Below are positions 1-12,149 of a DNA stretch of 64,000 nt, in pieces. The notes beneath the pieces are model-generated. The model searched no databases and had not been told where the DNA came from. It was given only the letters and a program-made list of their open reading frames with translations. The first letter of the stretch is position 1, and each line of letters starts with the position of its first letter. This DNA comes from Malacoraja senta (Eukaryota): the NCBI GenBank assembly GCA_038087875.1, contig CM075997.1:4776001-4840000 (forward strand), written 5' to 3'. A program made the translations under genes and the position numbers.

Positions 1-136
1 TACACAATTCATTGTTGGACGAACTACAGACCAAGAATATAGGAGGGAGATTGATGGACTGACTGAATGGTGCCAGACCAACAAGTGTGTAGGATGGTGT
101 TAGTGTGCGGAAATTGCTGGTCGGTACAGACACTAT

Positions 137-686
137 TTGTTTTTGTTTTTTTTAATTAACCAAAAATAATTTATTCAATTAATTACAATAATATGTACAG
201 TACGAAATAAATTAAAATAGAACTCACCACCTCAGTACAAGACAAACAAATATTCTTCAATACTAAATATTCTATTATAGAACTATATCACCATCCTTAT
301 TGAGGATACATTCCATCCCCGCGGTGCCCAGCGGTCCCGGAAATCCCCCCAGGGCGCCCGTGGACAGCGCGTAGTCCCTCGCTAGCACCACCCGGGAGCG
401 GACGTAACCCCGGAAAAGGGGCTCGGGCAGAGCCCTCTTCCGCCTGGCGCCGTGACTCGCGGACGGATGGCCAGCTTGGCCAGGCCCAGGAGCAACCCGA
501 CCAGGACATCTTCAGCTCTACCCTCTCCCCTACGCACAGGGTGTCCACAGATGAGGACGGCGGGTGAGAATTGCAGCCAGAAGGCAAGGAGCAGCCCCTT
601 TAGGTATTGGAACAGGGGCTGCAACCTCACACACTCCATGTACACGTGGAACACGGATTCCTCCAGCCCGCATAAGTGGCGAGTCT
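137..686 (-). mobile_element. Tx1/L1-group LINE, 3' end of ORF2 plus poly(A), decayed; inserted in a SINE tail
   Basis: Minus-strand translation CGLEESVFHVYMECVRLQPLF...LLLGLAKLAI resembles the Cys/His C-terminus of Tx1-type ORF2. AATAAA and an A-rich tail lie at ~137-175 on the minus strand. Frameshifted. Confidence 0.75.
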
Positions 687-855
687 CAGCGTGGACAAGG
701 TGGGCCAAATGGCCTGTTTCTGTGCTGTATCTCTAAACTAAATTAAAAGCCAAGAGGCGCCATGTTTTGGCGCCATTTTCAAAGTCCAGTCCGTGCTCTA
801 GTTATTATAAGTGGTGCCCGATCCAGGGGAACCCCAGGCTACTGCTGTAGTGTAA

Positions 856-1349
856 AGGGCCTGTCCCACTTGCATGCGATTGCGTGCGTTTGGCGCAACC
901 AAACGGAAGCGGAGTTCAAGCGAAGTTCGCGCTAAGTACGCGCTAAGTTCGCGCTGTTCGCACGTGACGTCATTTGCGTCATGCTTACCAATCAGCTGGG
1001 CAGGAGGCGGGCCGACTGAATTTGGGCGTTGCACGGCGTCGGGCGTTGACGTCATCACGCAACGCCACGCCAGGCGGCGACATCATCGTGCGATGCCACG
1101 TGCTAGGCGTACGCCATCATGACGCTGCGTACGACCGCAATGCGCCTGCGGGCCGACAGGCCATTGGCGCGCGAAGATTTCGGCCACTGCAAGAATTTTG
1201 GAGCCTCGCGCGATGTGGAGACCAGCCCCGCACAACTCCGCGCTTCTAAGTGGGACCGGCCCCGCGCGGCCATACGGTGCCCGTACGCCTCAAGCGACCA
1301 CGAGGTCACGTAATTTGCGAGCCAAGGTCGCGTAAGTGGGACAGGCCCT
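856..1349. mobile_element. PIF/Harbinger-type MITE
   Basis: Perfect 16-bp TIR agggcctgtcccactt / aagtgggacaggccct, flanked by TAA at 853-855 and 1350-1352. No recognisable coding capacity. Confidence 0.85.
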
Positions 1350-1447
1350 TAAGGGTAAACAGACAATATCAGCCAAAATGGAGTTATCTGCTAAATTAGC
1401 AGCTCTACATTCCATATCCTTCGACAACAAGACTCAAACTCACCATC

Positions 1448-1547
1448 TGGGCTTATATTTACTTGAATTTAAAAGGATGAGAGGGTATCTTATAGAAACA
1501 TATAAAATTCTTAAGGGATTGGACAGGCAAGACGCAGGAAAAATGTT
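1448..1547 (+). mobile_element. CR1-clade LINE 3' fragment (continues at ~1893-1960 and 5791-6070)
   Basis: Translates LGLYLLEFKRMRGYLIETYKILKGLDR, matching the other CR1 ORF2 C-termini in the window. Confidence 0.8.
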
Positions 1548-1760
1548 TAGGAAGGGACTGCAGATGCTGGTTTAAACCAAAGATAGACACAAAAAGCTGG
1601 AGTAACTCAGTGGGACAGCCAGCATCTCTGGAGAGAAGGTTTAGGTGACGTTTCGGGTTGCGTCTGAAGAAGGGTCTCGACCCGAAACTTCACCCATTCC
1701 TTCTCTCTAGAGATGCTGCCTGTCCCGCTGAGTTATTCCAGCATTTTGTGTTTATCTTCC
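1548..1760. mobile_element. Penelope-like terminal repeat pair in inverted (fold-back) arrangement
   Basis: gatagacacaaaaagctggagtaactcag...ggtgacgtttcggg followed by its reverse complement. Same repeat lies downstream of the Penelope ORF end at 22755-23120. Confidence 0.7.
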
Positions 1761-1960
1761 GCATGTACACGTGACAATAAAGTAAACTGAACACGGACAA
1801 CATAGAACAGAGTACAGCACAGGAAGAGGCCCTTCGGCCCGCTATGTCCGTGCCCAACATGATCCCAAAGCGAACTAATCTCCTCTGCCTGCAGGAAAAA
1901 ATGTTTCTCCAAGTTGGGGGAGTCCAGAACCAGGGGTCGCAGTTTAAGAATAAGGTGTCG

Positions 1961-4900
1961 ATCATGACAGATAAGGAAGGGAGATACCTTATAGTTACCG
2001 GAGAGATTCATGCTACCCCAATTACCTTGGTAAATATTTATGCGCCTAATTTTGATAATCCTCAATTCTTTAATAAAATTCTTAATATAATTACAGAGTT
2101 CAATTATCAAAATGTGATAATTGGGGGAGATTTTAACTGTGTTTTAGATCCACATTTGGATAAATCTTCACAACAGAGTAGGGGCAACATAAAATCTAAA
2201 ACCAGGGAAATCTTAAATACTTACATAAAAAATACAAATATAACAGATGTTTGGAGGATCGCTAACCCTGTCGGAAGGGAATACTCGTTTTATTCAATGG
2301 TACACAAAACTTATTCACGTATCGACTATTTTTTAGTGGATACAAAATTAATCCCCTATACAATGAATCCAAAATATCACAATAGTATAATTTCTGATCA
2401 TTCCCCGTTAACTTTTTCTTTAAAATTAGAGGGAATGCTTTCTAATAAATCGTTTTGGAGGTTTAATCCTCAAATCTTAAATGATCCACAAGGGGAAATA
2501 TATTTAAAACAACAGATGGAACTTTTTTTAAAGAATAATGACACCCCAGATATCTCACCAGTTCTACTGTGGGAATCATTCAAAGCAGTTATTAGAGGAT
2601 CTATAATCTCATACCAAGCTTTTTTGAATAAAAGAAATAAGAAAGAACAAAGGCAGTTAGAGGAACGAATTAGAGAATTGGAATTAGATAATGCTAAAGA
2701 GCCTACTATAGATAAACATAATAAAATAACAAGAATGGAATTTAAATGAAACAAAATATTATCAGCAAATGTTATTAGATTATTTCAAATCACAAAACAG
2801 GAACATTTTGAATTTGGGGATAAACCACACAAGCTTCTGGCTCGACAACTGAAAAAACGTGAAAAGGACCACACGATTTTAAAGATTAAATCAGATAAAG
2901 GGGAATTGTTAACATTTCCTAAGGATATTAACAAAAGATTCGCTCAATTTTATCAACATTTATATACATCTAAAGCGGTAGCAGATAGTACCAAAGTTAG
3001 AGAGTTCCTGGATAATTGTAATCTCCCAAAACTCAATGTGAGTGAACAAGAGGAACTAGGTGCACAAGTCTCAACCAAGGAAATAGAAGAAACAATAAAT
3101 ACATTAAAGAATGGAAAAACTCCAGGACCAGATGGTTTTAGCAATGAATTTTATAAAAGATTTTACGAGATAATTACACCACGACTACATAAAATGTATA
3201 CATATGCCTTTAAAGAACATACACTTCCAGAAACATTGGCGGAGTCAACGATTACACTTATACCTAAAAAAGGTAAAGATTTAGAAGATCCGGGTTCTTA
3301 TAGAGCTATTGCGCTGTTAAACACAGATCAAAAAATATTAGCGAAAACATTAGCTAGAAGATTAAGTAACTATGTTAGTAAATTGATAAATCCGGATCAA
3401 ACAGGGTTTATACCCAAGAGATACTCAAGCAATAATCTGAGACGTCTGTTTAATATAATGCACTCACATAAAACCGAAGAGCAAGACTTATCAATTATTT
3501 CACTGGACGCAGAAAAAGCATTTGATCAAGAGGAATGGGATTATATGGTTAAAGTATTGCAAAAATTTCAAATGGATGATAATTTTATCGCTTGGGTAAA
3601 ATTATTATATGATAGGCCTACGGCCAGAATATTAACTAATAATATTTTGTCCTCGAAATTTCAGTTATCAAGGGGAAATAGACAGGGGTGTTCATTATCA
3701 CCTCTGCTATTTGCTCTGGTAATAGAACCGTTAGCGGAAAGTATTAGGATACATCTGAATATTCATGGGTATAATACAAAATATTCAAATAATAAGATAT
3801 CTTTATATGCAGATGATGTACTACTATATATTACAAAATCACAAATTAGTATACCAAATATATTAAATTTAATTGAGGAATTTGGATCCTTCTCAGGATA
3901 TAGAATAAATTGGAATAAAAGTGAAATTATGACGATTAAACCTCAAGAATCGACACACCTGTTAAAATTCCCTTTTAAAATCGCTTCAGAAAAATTTAAA
4001 TATTTGGGAATTGAAATTACTAGAAAATATAAATCTCTATTTAATGCAAACTATATGCCCTTACTCAATAAATTAAACACACTGATTAAATTCTGGAAAA
4101 CCCGATGTCTCTTATAGGCCAAATAAATGCTATAAAAATGATTTTTTTACCACAAATTTTATATTTATTCCAGTCAATACCGATATACTTACCAAAATTG
4201 GATGCCGATATTACAAATTTTATATGGGACTATAAATCCCACAGAATTCAAAGAAAACATTTGTGCAAACCTAAGGAATTTGGTGGATTATCACTTCCCA
4301 ATTTTTAATATTATTATTGGGCCACAAATGTCAAAAATATGATTCACCTGTTGGACAATTCGTCCCAACGGGTGGATTGGATAGTAATGGAGAGAGAGGA
4401 CTGTTCCCCTTTTAATATAGGAGCGATCCTTCTCTCACCAACAAAAATAAAGAATACAATATATAGTAAAAATCCAATTATTTATAGTACAATTAGAATT
4501 TGGAAACAAAAAAATTAACGTTAAAATTAAGAAATCTATCACTACTTTCTCCTATAATGAATAACACTGCATTTAAACCTTCTATGATAGATAGAGCTTT
4601 TATAAATTGGGAAAGAGTAGGAATTAAAACGTTTGGAGATATGTATGATAATGGAAGTGTTTTAACATTTAATCAATTACAACTTAAATACAACTTGAAT
4701 AGTAATCAATATTTTAAATATTTTCAACTACGTGATTATTTGAAAAAGTATACACGAGAATATCAAAATATGTCTCCTGACCTATTAGATGGGATAATGA
4801 ATATAAAAGCGGAATCAGCTAATTTAATATCATACCTATATAACTCCATTTTAAACATAGAAATTCCAGCATCGGACGGGATTAGAAGAGAATGGGAACA

Positions 4901-5790
4901 GGAACTAGCTATAAAAATCTCGAAAGAGAGTTGGGATAGACATCTATTATATGTGCATAAATGTTCGATTAACGTAAGACATACTCTGATTCAATTTAAA
5001 ATTTTACATAGATTATATTATTCAAAAGCTAAATTAAGTAAATTTTACCCTAATACCTCGGCTAACTGTGATAAATGCCTAGTCCAAGAATCAACTATAG
5101 CACATTTGTCTTTTGTATAAAAATTCAAAAATTTTGGAATTAAATTTTTGAAGTTTTCTCTAAATTATTTAAAATAAAATTGAAACCGAATGCAGAACTG
5201 ATTATATTTGGAACAACAGGAGCAAGTTTGGAGCTGACTGCGTTTCAAAGGAGTTTTCTTAATTATGGTTTATTAACGGCAAAAAAACTGATATTGAAAT
5301 TTTGGAAAAATGCCCCTACGCCAACAATAAAAATGTGGACTTCTAATATGTCGGAATTGTTACATTTAGAAGATATGAGATTCCTCCTAGCAGGTAAACA
5401 AGACCAATTCCAAAAGGTTTGGTCTCCATATATCGACTTATTACAAACATAGGGTGCAACAAAATGTTGATAATAAATGGTGTTAGGACCTGGCGAGGGG
5501 TGAGTAAAGATAAGAAGTAGGTACATCCCTTTCATATTGTCCTATCTTATTTTCTTTTTTCTCTTTTTTTATTTTCTTCTTTAACTACTTCTTGTGGTTT
5601 AAGTTCACAAGAGTGTTCCTGGACCACTTTCATTCACTCACTGACTATCTTTGCGAGCTCTTTCTATCCTTCTTTCTATTAAAGTTGAAAAACAGAAGTG
5701 GTACAAGAATTGTATAAAATTATGTTATGTTATTGCAGATAACTGTAATGTAAAATACTTCTAATTAAAAAAATTTAAAAAAATAAAAAA
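1961..5790 (+). mobile_element. L1-clade LINE, 5'-truncated, 3.8 kb
   Basis: 15-bp TSD aagaataaggtgtcg at 1946-1960 and 5791-5805, T/A-junction target (ttt/aag), A-rich tail 5767-5790, and ORF2 remnants inside. Confidence 0.95.
1964..5452 (+). pseudogene. Disrupted L1 ORF2 (APE endonuclease, reverse transcriptase, Cys-rich C-terminus)
   Basis: Endonuclease motifs NIYAPN, GGDFN, SRIDYF, SDH. RT motifs PGPDG, SLDAEKAFD, QGCSLSPLLF, YADD. C-terminal CDKC...H. In-frame TGA at 2747-2749 and frameshifts after ~4100. Confidence 0.93.
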
Positions 5791-6070
5791 AAGAATAAGG
5801 TGTCGGCCATTTAGGACTGAGATGAGGAAAAACTTTTTCACCCAGAGAGTTGTGAATCTGTGGAATCCACTGCCACAGAAGGCAGTGGAGGCCAATTCAC
5901 TGGATGTTTTCAAGAGGGTGTTAGATTTAGCTCTTAGGCTAAAGGAATCAAGGGATATGGGGGAAAAGCAGGAACGGGGTACTGATGAGCAGCCATGATC
6001 ATATTGAATGGCGGTGTTGGCTTGAAGGGTTGAACGGCCTACTCCTGCACCTATGTTAAATGTTTCTATG
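5791..6070 (+). mobile_element. CR1-clade LINE 3' end (host of the L1 insertion)
   Basis: Resumes exactly after the TSD (ggccatttaggactgagatgagg...) and ends in the tttctatg tail. Confidence 0.85.
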
Positions 6071-6131
6071 TTTAGACAACAGGTGCAGGAGTCAGCCATT
6101 CGGCCCTTCGAGCCCTTCGCTGTTTCTATGG

Positions 6132-6363
6132 TGTTGGGCGCCCTTTCGGGGAGAGAGCCACAGACTTGGACCATGTCGCGACCGATGTCAGGTGATCAAG
6201 GACTGAAACATCCTGCGGCATTGCCTATGTTTGCGAGGGGTTTGCGAGAGCGTGCGAGGGTACTTGGGTTTACGTGAGTGTATGTGCCTTATTTAGTAGT
6301 GTAATGAAATAGCTAGTGCATCAAACACTGTTGTCTGAATCCGGTGATTTATCGAACACAACA
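6132..6363. mobile_element. Possible solo LTR
   Basis: 232-bp segment not repeated in the window, bounded by tgttg...caaca inverted termini. No TSD seen. Confidence 0.35.
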
Positions 6364-6371
6364 TCCGACCA

Positions 6372-6541
6372 AAACCAATTCACCGACAAACATGCATGTC
6401 TTTGGAGTGTGGGAGGAAACCGGAGCACCCGGAGAAAACCCACGCTGTCACGGGGAGAATGTACAGACAGCACCCATAGTCAGGATTGAACCCGGGTCTC
6501 TGGCGCTGTGAGGCAGCAACTCTACCGCTGCGCTACTGTGC
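6372..6541 (-). mobile_element. HE1-like V-SINE, partial
   Basis: Reverse complement of the tRNA-like head and V-domain. Confidence 0.8.
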
Positions 6542-6591
6542 ACGTCACAATGATAAACTAAACTAAACACTTGTCCGCAGTAGCCTTTAGT

Positions 6592-6912
6592 CACTAGTGG
6601 GAGAGTCTAGGACCAGAGGTCACAGCTTCAGAATTAAAGGGTGTTCTTTTAGGAAGGAGATGAGGAGGACTTTCTTTAGTCAGAGGGTGGTGAATCTGTG
6701 GAATTCATTGCCACAGAAGGCTGTGGAGGCCAAGTCAGTGGATATGTTTAAGGCGGAGATAGATTGATTCTTGATTAGTACGGGTGTCAGGGGTTATGGG
6801 GAGAAGGCAGGAGAATGGAGTTAGGAGGGAGAGATAGATCAGCCATGATTGAATGGTGGAGTAGACGATGGGCCAAATGGCCTCATTCTGCTCCTATCAC
6901 TTATGATGTTAT
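6592..6912 (+). mobile_element. CR1-clade LINE 3' end
   Basis: cactagtgggagagtctaggaccagagg...gtgaatctgtggaattc motif shared with other copies. Confidence 0.8.
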
Positions 6913-7209
6913 GACCGGGTCTCGCGTTGAGCCGCGAGGGACCGGCACTCCCTGCAGGCTGAGGCCTGCGAGAGTTTCACCTCAGCATTCCCACAATGCA
7001 TCATCCCCATTGCCTTGGAAGGAACTGCAGATGCTGGCTTACACCGAAGAAAGGCACAAAGTGTTGGAGTAACTCCAAGGCAGCATCTCTGGAGAGAAGA
7101 TATGGGTGACCCAATCCTTCACACCACAGATGCTGCCTGATCCATGACACTAAACTAAACTGAACTGAACTGAACCAAAATATAGGTGACGTTTTTAGTT
7201 CACGATATG

Positions 7210-7705
7210 ATACGAGACGATAGAACTTTATTTATCTCAGGAGGGAAATTGATCTGCCAACAGTCATAAAAACACAAAATACATGAAACATTAAATTAAA
7301 GTGACGAGTGGAATGGATTGGGGAGGGGGTGGTGTGGGGAGTGGGGGGGGAGTCAGTCTCAGTCGACCCCACGACAGAAGGGGGAGGAGTTGTACAGTTT
7401 GATAGCCACAGGGAAGAAGCATCTCCTGTGGCGTTCTGTGCTGCATCTTGGTGGAACCAGTCTGTTGCTGAAGGTGCCCCTGAGGTTGACCAGTGTGTCA
7501 TGGAGGGGGTGAGCTGCATTGTCGAGGATGTTCCGCAGTTTGAGGAGCATCCTCCCCTCCAAGACCAACCTCCCGTGAATCCAACTCCAACTCCAACTCC
7601 GCCCCCAGGACGGAGCCGGCCTTCCCGACGAGTCTGTTGATCCTGTTGGCGTCCGCGGCCTGCGCCCTGCTGCCCCAGCACACGGCAGTGAAGAAGACGG
7701 CACTG
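7210..7705 (-). mobile_element. Rex1/Babar-clade LINE 3' fragment
   Basis: Translates ADANRINRLVGKAGSVLG...HPLHDTL...RHRRCFFPVAIKLYN; AATAAA tail. Confidence 0.7.
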
Positions 7706-7903
7706 GCTACCACCGGTTGGCAGAACAGCTGCTTTTTACTGTACCTCGGTTCAGTTGAGTTTGGTTTATTGTCACGTGTACAGAGGTACAGTGAAAAACC
7801 TTTGTTCAAGATTCAAGATTCAAGATTCAAGAGAGTTTATTGTCATTGCAGCCGTATACACTAAACACAGAGCAATGAGATAGCGTTTCCGCAGTGCTAA
7901 GCA

Positions 7904-8328
7904 CTTGTTGGAACAGTGTGGTGGCATTAACTCCCTTTCAGGTTCGTCTGTCCCCGCTGGTGCCTCTTCCTCCTGCAGGAAGGGTGGATGGCGGGGCGGG
8001 ACGTCTTGTCAAACCGCCTGACCGCTATGGCGATGTTGCCTAGCTATCCTAGCGCATGAGCCGTGGTCGCCATGTCACCATTGTATTTGCCTGTCGTTTC
8101 GGAGAGGAAGGATGTAGATGAGATATGCATGTGCCTTTAACATAGTGACCTCATACCTACTAACCACTCCCCATATCACAAGTATAACTACAACCTCCCC
8201 ACCCACAGATCGCTCTCTAGTTCCTGTGACAGACCACGTACAGCTAGTGCAATGTATAATGATCCAGTATGAATAAAGATAGTAAAGTAACGATGCCTCG
8301 TTATCAATCCTTTACACTCAGTGCTACA
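7904..8328 (+). mobile_element. Gypsy-like LTR retrotransposon 3' end (pol C-terminus, PPT, 216-bp LTR)
   Basis: Frame ending GRLVKPPDRYGDVA* at 8043. Polypurine tract ggagaggaagga 8101-8112 abuts LTR 8113-8328 with tgtag...ctaca termini, a TATA-like tataa and AATAAA. Confidence 0.75.
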
Positions 8329-8329
8329 T

Positions 8330-8833
8330 AGAACACAATTGGACAACATGCTACACATATAGATATACTACGCTATACAAACTATGGTGCAAAAACTTCC
8401 TTACTAAAGTGCAACAAGGTAAATAGAAAATGTACAAAACAGCAACACAGGGCAGTAGACAACAGTGCAACAGAGTGGAGTGTACACAAACCAAGTGTGC
8501 CACGTGTGCAATGCAGAGTTTACGTAGCAGCAGAGATGCGGGGTGGGGGGGGGTGTATTCAGATCAGTCCCTGAGCATTGAGGAGTCGGATGACCTGGGG
8601 GAAGAAGCTGTTGCATAGTCTGGATGTGAGGGACCGTATGCTTTGGTACCTTCTGCCAGATGGGAGGGGGGAGAAAAGTTCATGTGAGGGGTGGGTGGGG
8701 TCCACCGCAACGCTGGTTGCTTTGCGGATGTAGCGTGTGGTGTAGGTGTCTGAGATGGGGTGGGGAGAGAGACTCCGATGATCTTTTCAGCTGCCCTCAC
8801 TACTCGCTGAAGGTTCTTGCGGTCCATGCTGGT
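8330..8833 (-). mobile_element. Rex1/Babar-clade LINE 3' fragment (tail displaced to ~7806-7900)
   Basis: Translates DRKNLQRVVRAAEKIIGVSLP. A (ttcaaga)n tail with tttattgtca lies at 7806-7846. Confidence 0.65.
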
Positions 8834-8964
8834 GCAGTGCTAAGCAGTCAGCGGGAAGACAACACATGATTACAATCGAGCTGTACTCAGTGTACAGGTG
8901 GAGGAGGTTAAGAAGATCATAGTTAAAGTAAGAAATGTTACTGCAGGAGTGATTGTAGATCCAC

Positions 8965-9300
8965 TTAGATGAACAGAGTCTCTTGCCCAGAGTAGGGGAA
9001 TCGAGGACCGGAGGACATAGGTTTAAGGTGAAGGGGAAAAAGGTTTAATAGGAATCTGAGGGGTGATTTCTCACACAAAGGGTGATGGGTGTATGGAACA
9101 AGCTGCCAGAGGAGGTAGTTGAGGCTGGGACTATCCCAACATTTAAGAAACATTTAGACAGGTACATGGATAGGACAGGTTTGGAGGGATATGGGCCAAA
9201 TGCGGGCAGGTGGGACTAGTGTAGCTGGGCCATGTTGCCCAGTGTGGGCAAGTTGGGCCGAAGGGCCTGTTTCCACACTGTATCACTCTATGACGCTATG
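8965..9300 (+). mobile_element. CR1-clade (HER1-like) LINE 3' end
   Basis: Ends in gggccgaagggcctgtttccacactgta, the tail shared with the SINE. Confidence 0.8.
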
Positions 9301-9961
9301 ACATTTCTGTGACCAGCACACAATAAGTGGCCTGGGTTGGACGCCATCTTGGATATTGTAGGAGCCTCGATTCGAAACGTCACCTATTCCTTCTCTCCAG
9401 AGATGCTGCCTGACCCGCTGAGTTACTCCAGCACCACCCCCATAGTCAGGCCTTTACAGACTTGAACTAAGATGGTCACTGCTGGACTGGACAGAAATCA
9501 TTCTCCATCTTTATCCCTCTATTCCTTCCATGCACATTAAGTTTATGGCTTTTAAAATGGCCGACATTTCAGTTCATTAATTACTTCAGAACCATGTCCT
9601 GTTAAGTATATAATCAAAGTAATTCTATTTTCTCTCAGAGGCTAGTTTTGTGGGCCCTGATTGCATAGTTACCCAGATTAATGGCCTCAACTCCCATTTT
9701 TGTCGAGGATCATCTGTCAAGCCGTCAGCTAAACAGATCATTTTAACACATCGTTATTCACTGACTACTGGAGTCCAGACATTGTAAATGTCATTAAGCT
9801 GTCTTAAGCTGTTCCATTATAGTAAATACATAAAGCAGCAATAGTCTAGCGGGGAGATAGGGAAGGAGCAACATGCAGAAACTGGGAATATGAACTAAAG
9901 ACGTTAGACAGGATGAGTGGACTTCTCAGCCTCTCCAGACTGTGGAGAGGATGCTTCCACT

Positions 9962-10521
9962 AGTTTGGTCTAGTTTAGTTTAGTTTAGAGAAACAGCGCG
10001 GAAACGGGCCCTTCGACCCACCGAGTCCCTGCCGACCAGCGATCCCCACACACTAAAGGGCCTGTCCCACTTTCACGACCTAATTCACGACCACTGCCGA
10101 GTTTGCCCTTGACTCATACTCGCAGCATGGTCGTCACGAGGTTGGAGGAGGTCGTAGGTAGGTAGGTCGTAGCAGGCCGTGATGCCGGTCGTAGGTACTC
10201 GTGGCATCAAGTAGGTCGGGGCGTTTTTTTAGCATGATGAAAAATGTCCACGAGTAAAAAAGGTCGTGAATTAGGTCGTGAAAGTGGGGCAGGCCCTTTA
10301 CACTATCCTAACATGCTAGGGACAATTTACATTTACACCAAGCCAATTAACCTACAAACCTGCACGTCTTTGGAGTGTGGGAGGAAACCGGAGATCTCGG
10401 AGAAAACCCACGCAGGTCACGGAGAGAACGTACAAACTCCGTACAGACAGCACCCGTAGTGAGGATCGAACCGGGGACCCTGACGTTGTGAGGCAGCAAC
10501 TCTACCGCTGCGCCACCGTGC
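9962..10521 (-). mobile_element. HE1-like V-SINE, full length, interrupted by a MITE
   Basis: A box and B box in the head, V-domain, (taaac)n tail. Confidence 0.85.
10057..10297. mobile_element. PIF/Harbinger-type MITE nested in the SINE
   Basis: 36-bp TIR agggcctgtcccactttcacgacctaattcacgacc with one mismatch; flanks taa/tta at the SINE's cactaacact site. Confidence 0.85.
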
Positions 10522-10524
10522 CCA

Positions 10525-10845
10525 AACTAGTGGGAGCATCGAGGACCAGAGGTCGTATCCTCGGAATAAAAGGACGTACCTTTCGAAAAGAGATGAGAAG
10601 GAAGTTCTTTAGTCAGAGGGTGGTGAATCTGTGGAATTCTTTGCCACAGAAGGCTGTGGAGGCCAAGTCAGTGGATGTTTTTAAGGCGAGATTGCCAGAT
10701 TCTTGATTAGTATGGGGGTCAGGGGTTATGGGGAGAAGGCAGGAAAATGGGGTTGAGAGGGAAAGAGATCAGCCAGGATTGAATGGTAGTGTAGACTGGA
10801 TGGGCCGAATGGCCTAATTCTGCTCCGAGAACATGAATTTATGAG
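10525..10845 (+). mobile_element. CR1-clade LINE 3' end
   Basis: Translates RTRG...FFSQRVVNLWNSLPQKAVEA. Confidence 0.8.
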
Positions 10846-10962
10846 AAGCTCCCATCATTCCAGTTGGATCACGGGTATTCCTTAAAAATGGAGACATTTA
10901 TTCATAAACTTCATGAATTCTAAAAGATCTTAAAGCTGATCTAAAGCACCTTTATCGCATAG

Positions 10963-11235
10963 AGGGGCAGCACGGTGGCGCAGTGGTAGAGTTGCATCTC
11001 TACAGCACCAGAGATTCCAGTTCTGTCTGTACGGAATTTGTATGTTCTCCCTGTTTCTCCGGGTGCTCCGGTTTCCTCCCACACTCCAAAGACGTCCAGG
11101 TATGTAGGATAATTGGCTTTGGTAAAAATTGTAAATTAACTCAAATGTGTAGGCAAATGCTACTGTACGCGGTGATCGCTGGTCGGCGCGGACTCGGTGG
11201 GCTGAAGGGCCTGTTTCCACACTGTATCTCTAAAG
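10963..11235 (+). mobile_element. HE1-like V-SINE
   Basis: cacggtggcgcagtggtagagttgc head, V-domain, gggcctgtttcc tail. Confidence 0.8.
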
Positions 11236-11539
11236 TCACTAATATTACAGTGGGTATAAGCTGCCAGAGAAGGTAGCTGAGGCAGGTGCAATAGCATTTA
11301 AAAGACATTTGGACAGGTACATGGATAGGGATATGGACGAAACATGGGCAGGGGGACTAGTGTCGTTGGGGCATGTTGGACAGCAAGGGCAAGTTGGGCC
11401 GAAGGGCCTGTTTTCATTGTTAATTGAGGTATTCAGGAATCTTTGTAATTTAAAAAAAAATTGCCATAAAAACAGGAACTGTTGGAAATTGAAACCACAG
11501 GAAAAGTCTAACTTGTCCATGTCCACCAAGCGACCTCAG

Positions 11540-12045
11540 TTCAGTTTAGTTTATTGTCACGTGTAGCGAGGTACAGTGAAAAGCTTTTGTTGCGTGCTAA
11601 CCAGTCAGCGGGAAGACAATACATGATTACAATCGAGCCGTCCACAGTGTACAGATACATGATAAGGGATAAAGTTTAGTGCAAGGTAAAGCCAGTAAAG
11701 TCCGATCAAGGATAGTCCAAGGGTCTCTAATGAGGTAGATAGTAGTTCAGCACTGCTCTCTGGTTGTGGTAGGATGGTTCAGTTGCCTGATAACAGCTGG
11801 GAAGAAACTGTCCCTGAATCTGGAGGTGTGCGTTTTCACACTTCTGTACCTCTTGCCCGATGGGAGAGGGGAGAAGAGGGAGTGGCCGGGGTGCGACTGG
11901 TCCGTGATGATGCTGCTGGCCTTGCCGAGGCAGCGTGAGGTGAAGATGGAGTCAATAGAAGGGAGATTGGTTTGTGTGATGGTCTGGGCTGTGTCCACAA
12001 TTCACTGCAATTTCTTGTGGTCTTGGAGGGAGCTGTTCCCAAACC
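11540..12045 (-). mobile_element. Rex1/Babar-clade LINE 3' end
   Basis: ORF 11747-11998 HPGHSLFSPLPSGKRYRS...RFRDSFFPAVIRQLN; tgacaataaactaaac tail. Confidence 0.8.
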
Positions 12046-12149
12046 ACATCTATATAAGCTCAACCCTCTCGCCTGCATTTGTCCCTCATGTCTACCCACC
12101 TTTCCTATCCCTGTAATTATCCAAATTGTACTCACCTCTACCACACAGC

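Noticed and set aside
856..870. Similarity of MITE TIR (agggcctgt) to SINE/CR1 tail (gaagggcctgtttcc)
   Set aside because: Only about 10 bp; compatible with chance.
798..1313. Cluster of short ORFs
   Set aside because: They lie in a GC-rich MITE with few stop codons and show no recognisable protein family.
1844..2749. 301-aa ORF as a novel fusion gene
   Set aside because: The first 39 codons are flanking repeat sequence read in frame by chance into the truncated L1 endonuclease; no evidence of a real gene.
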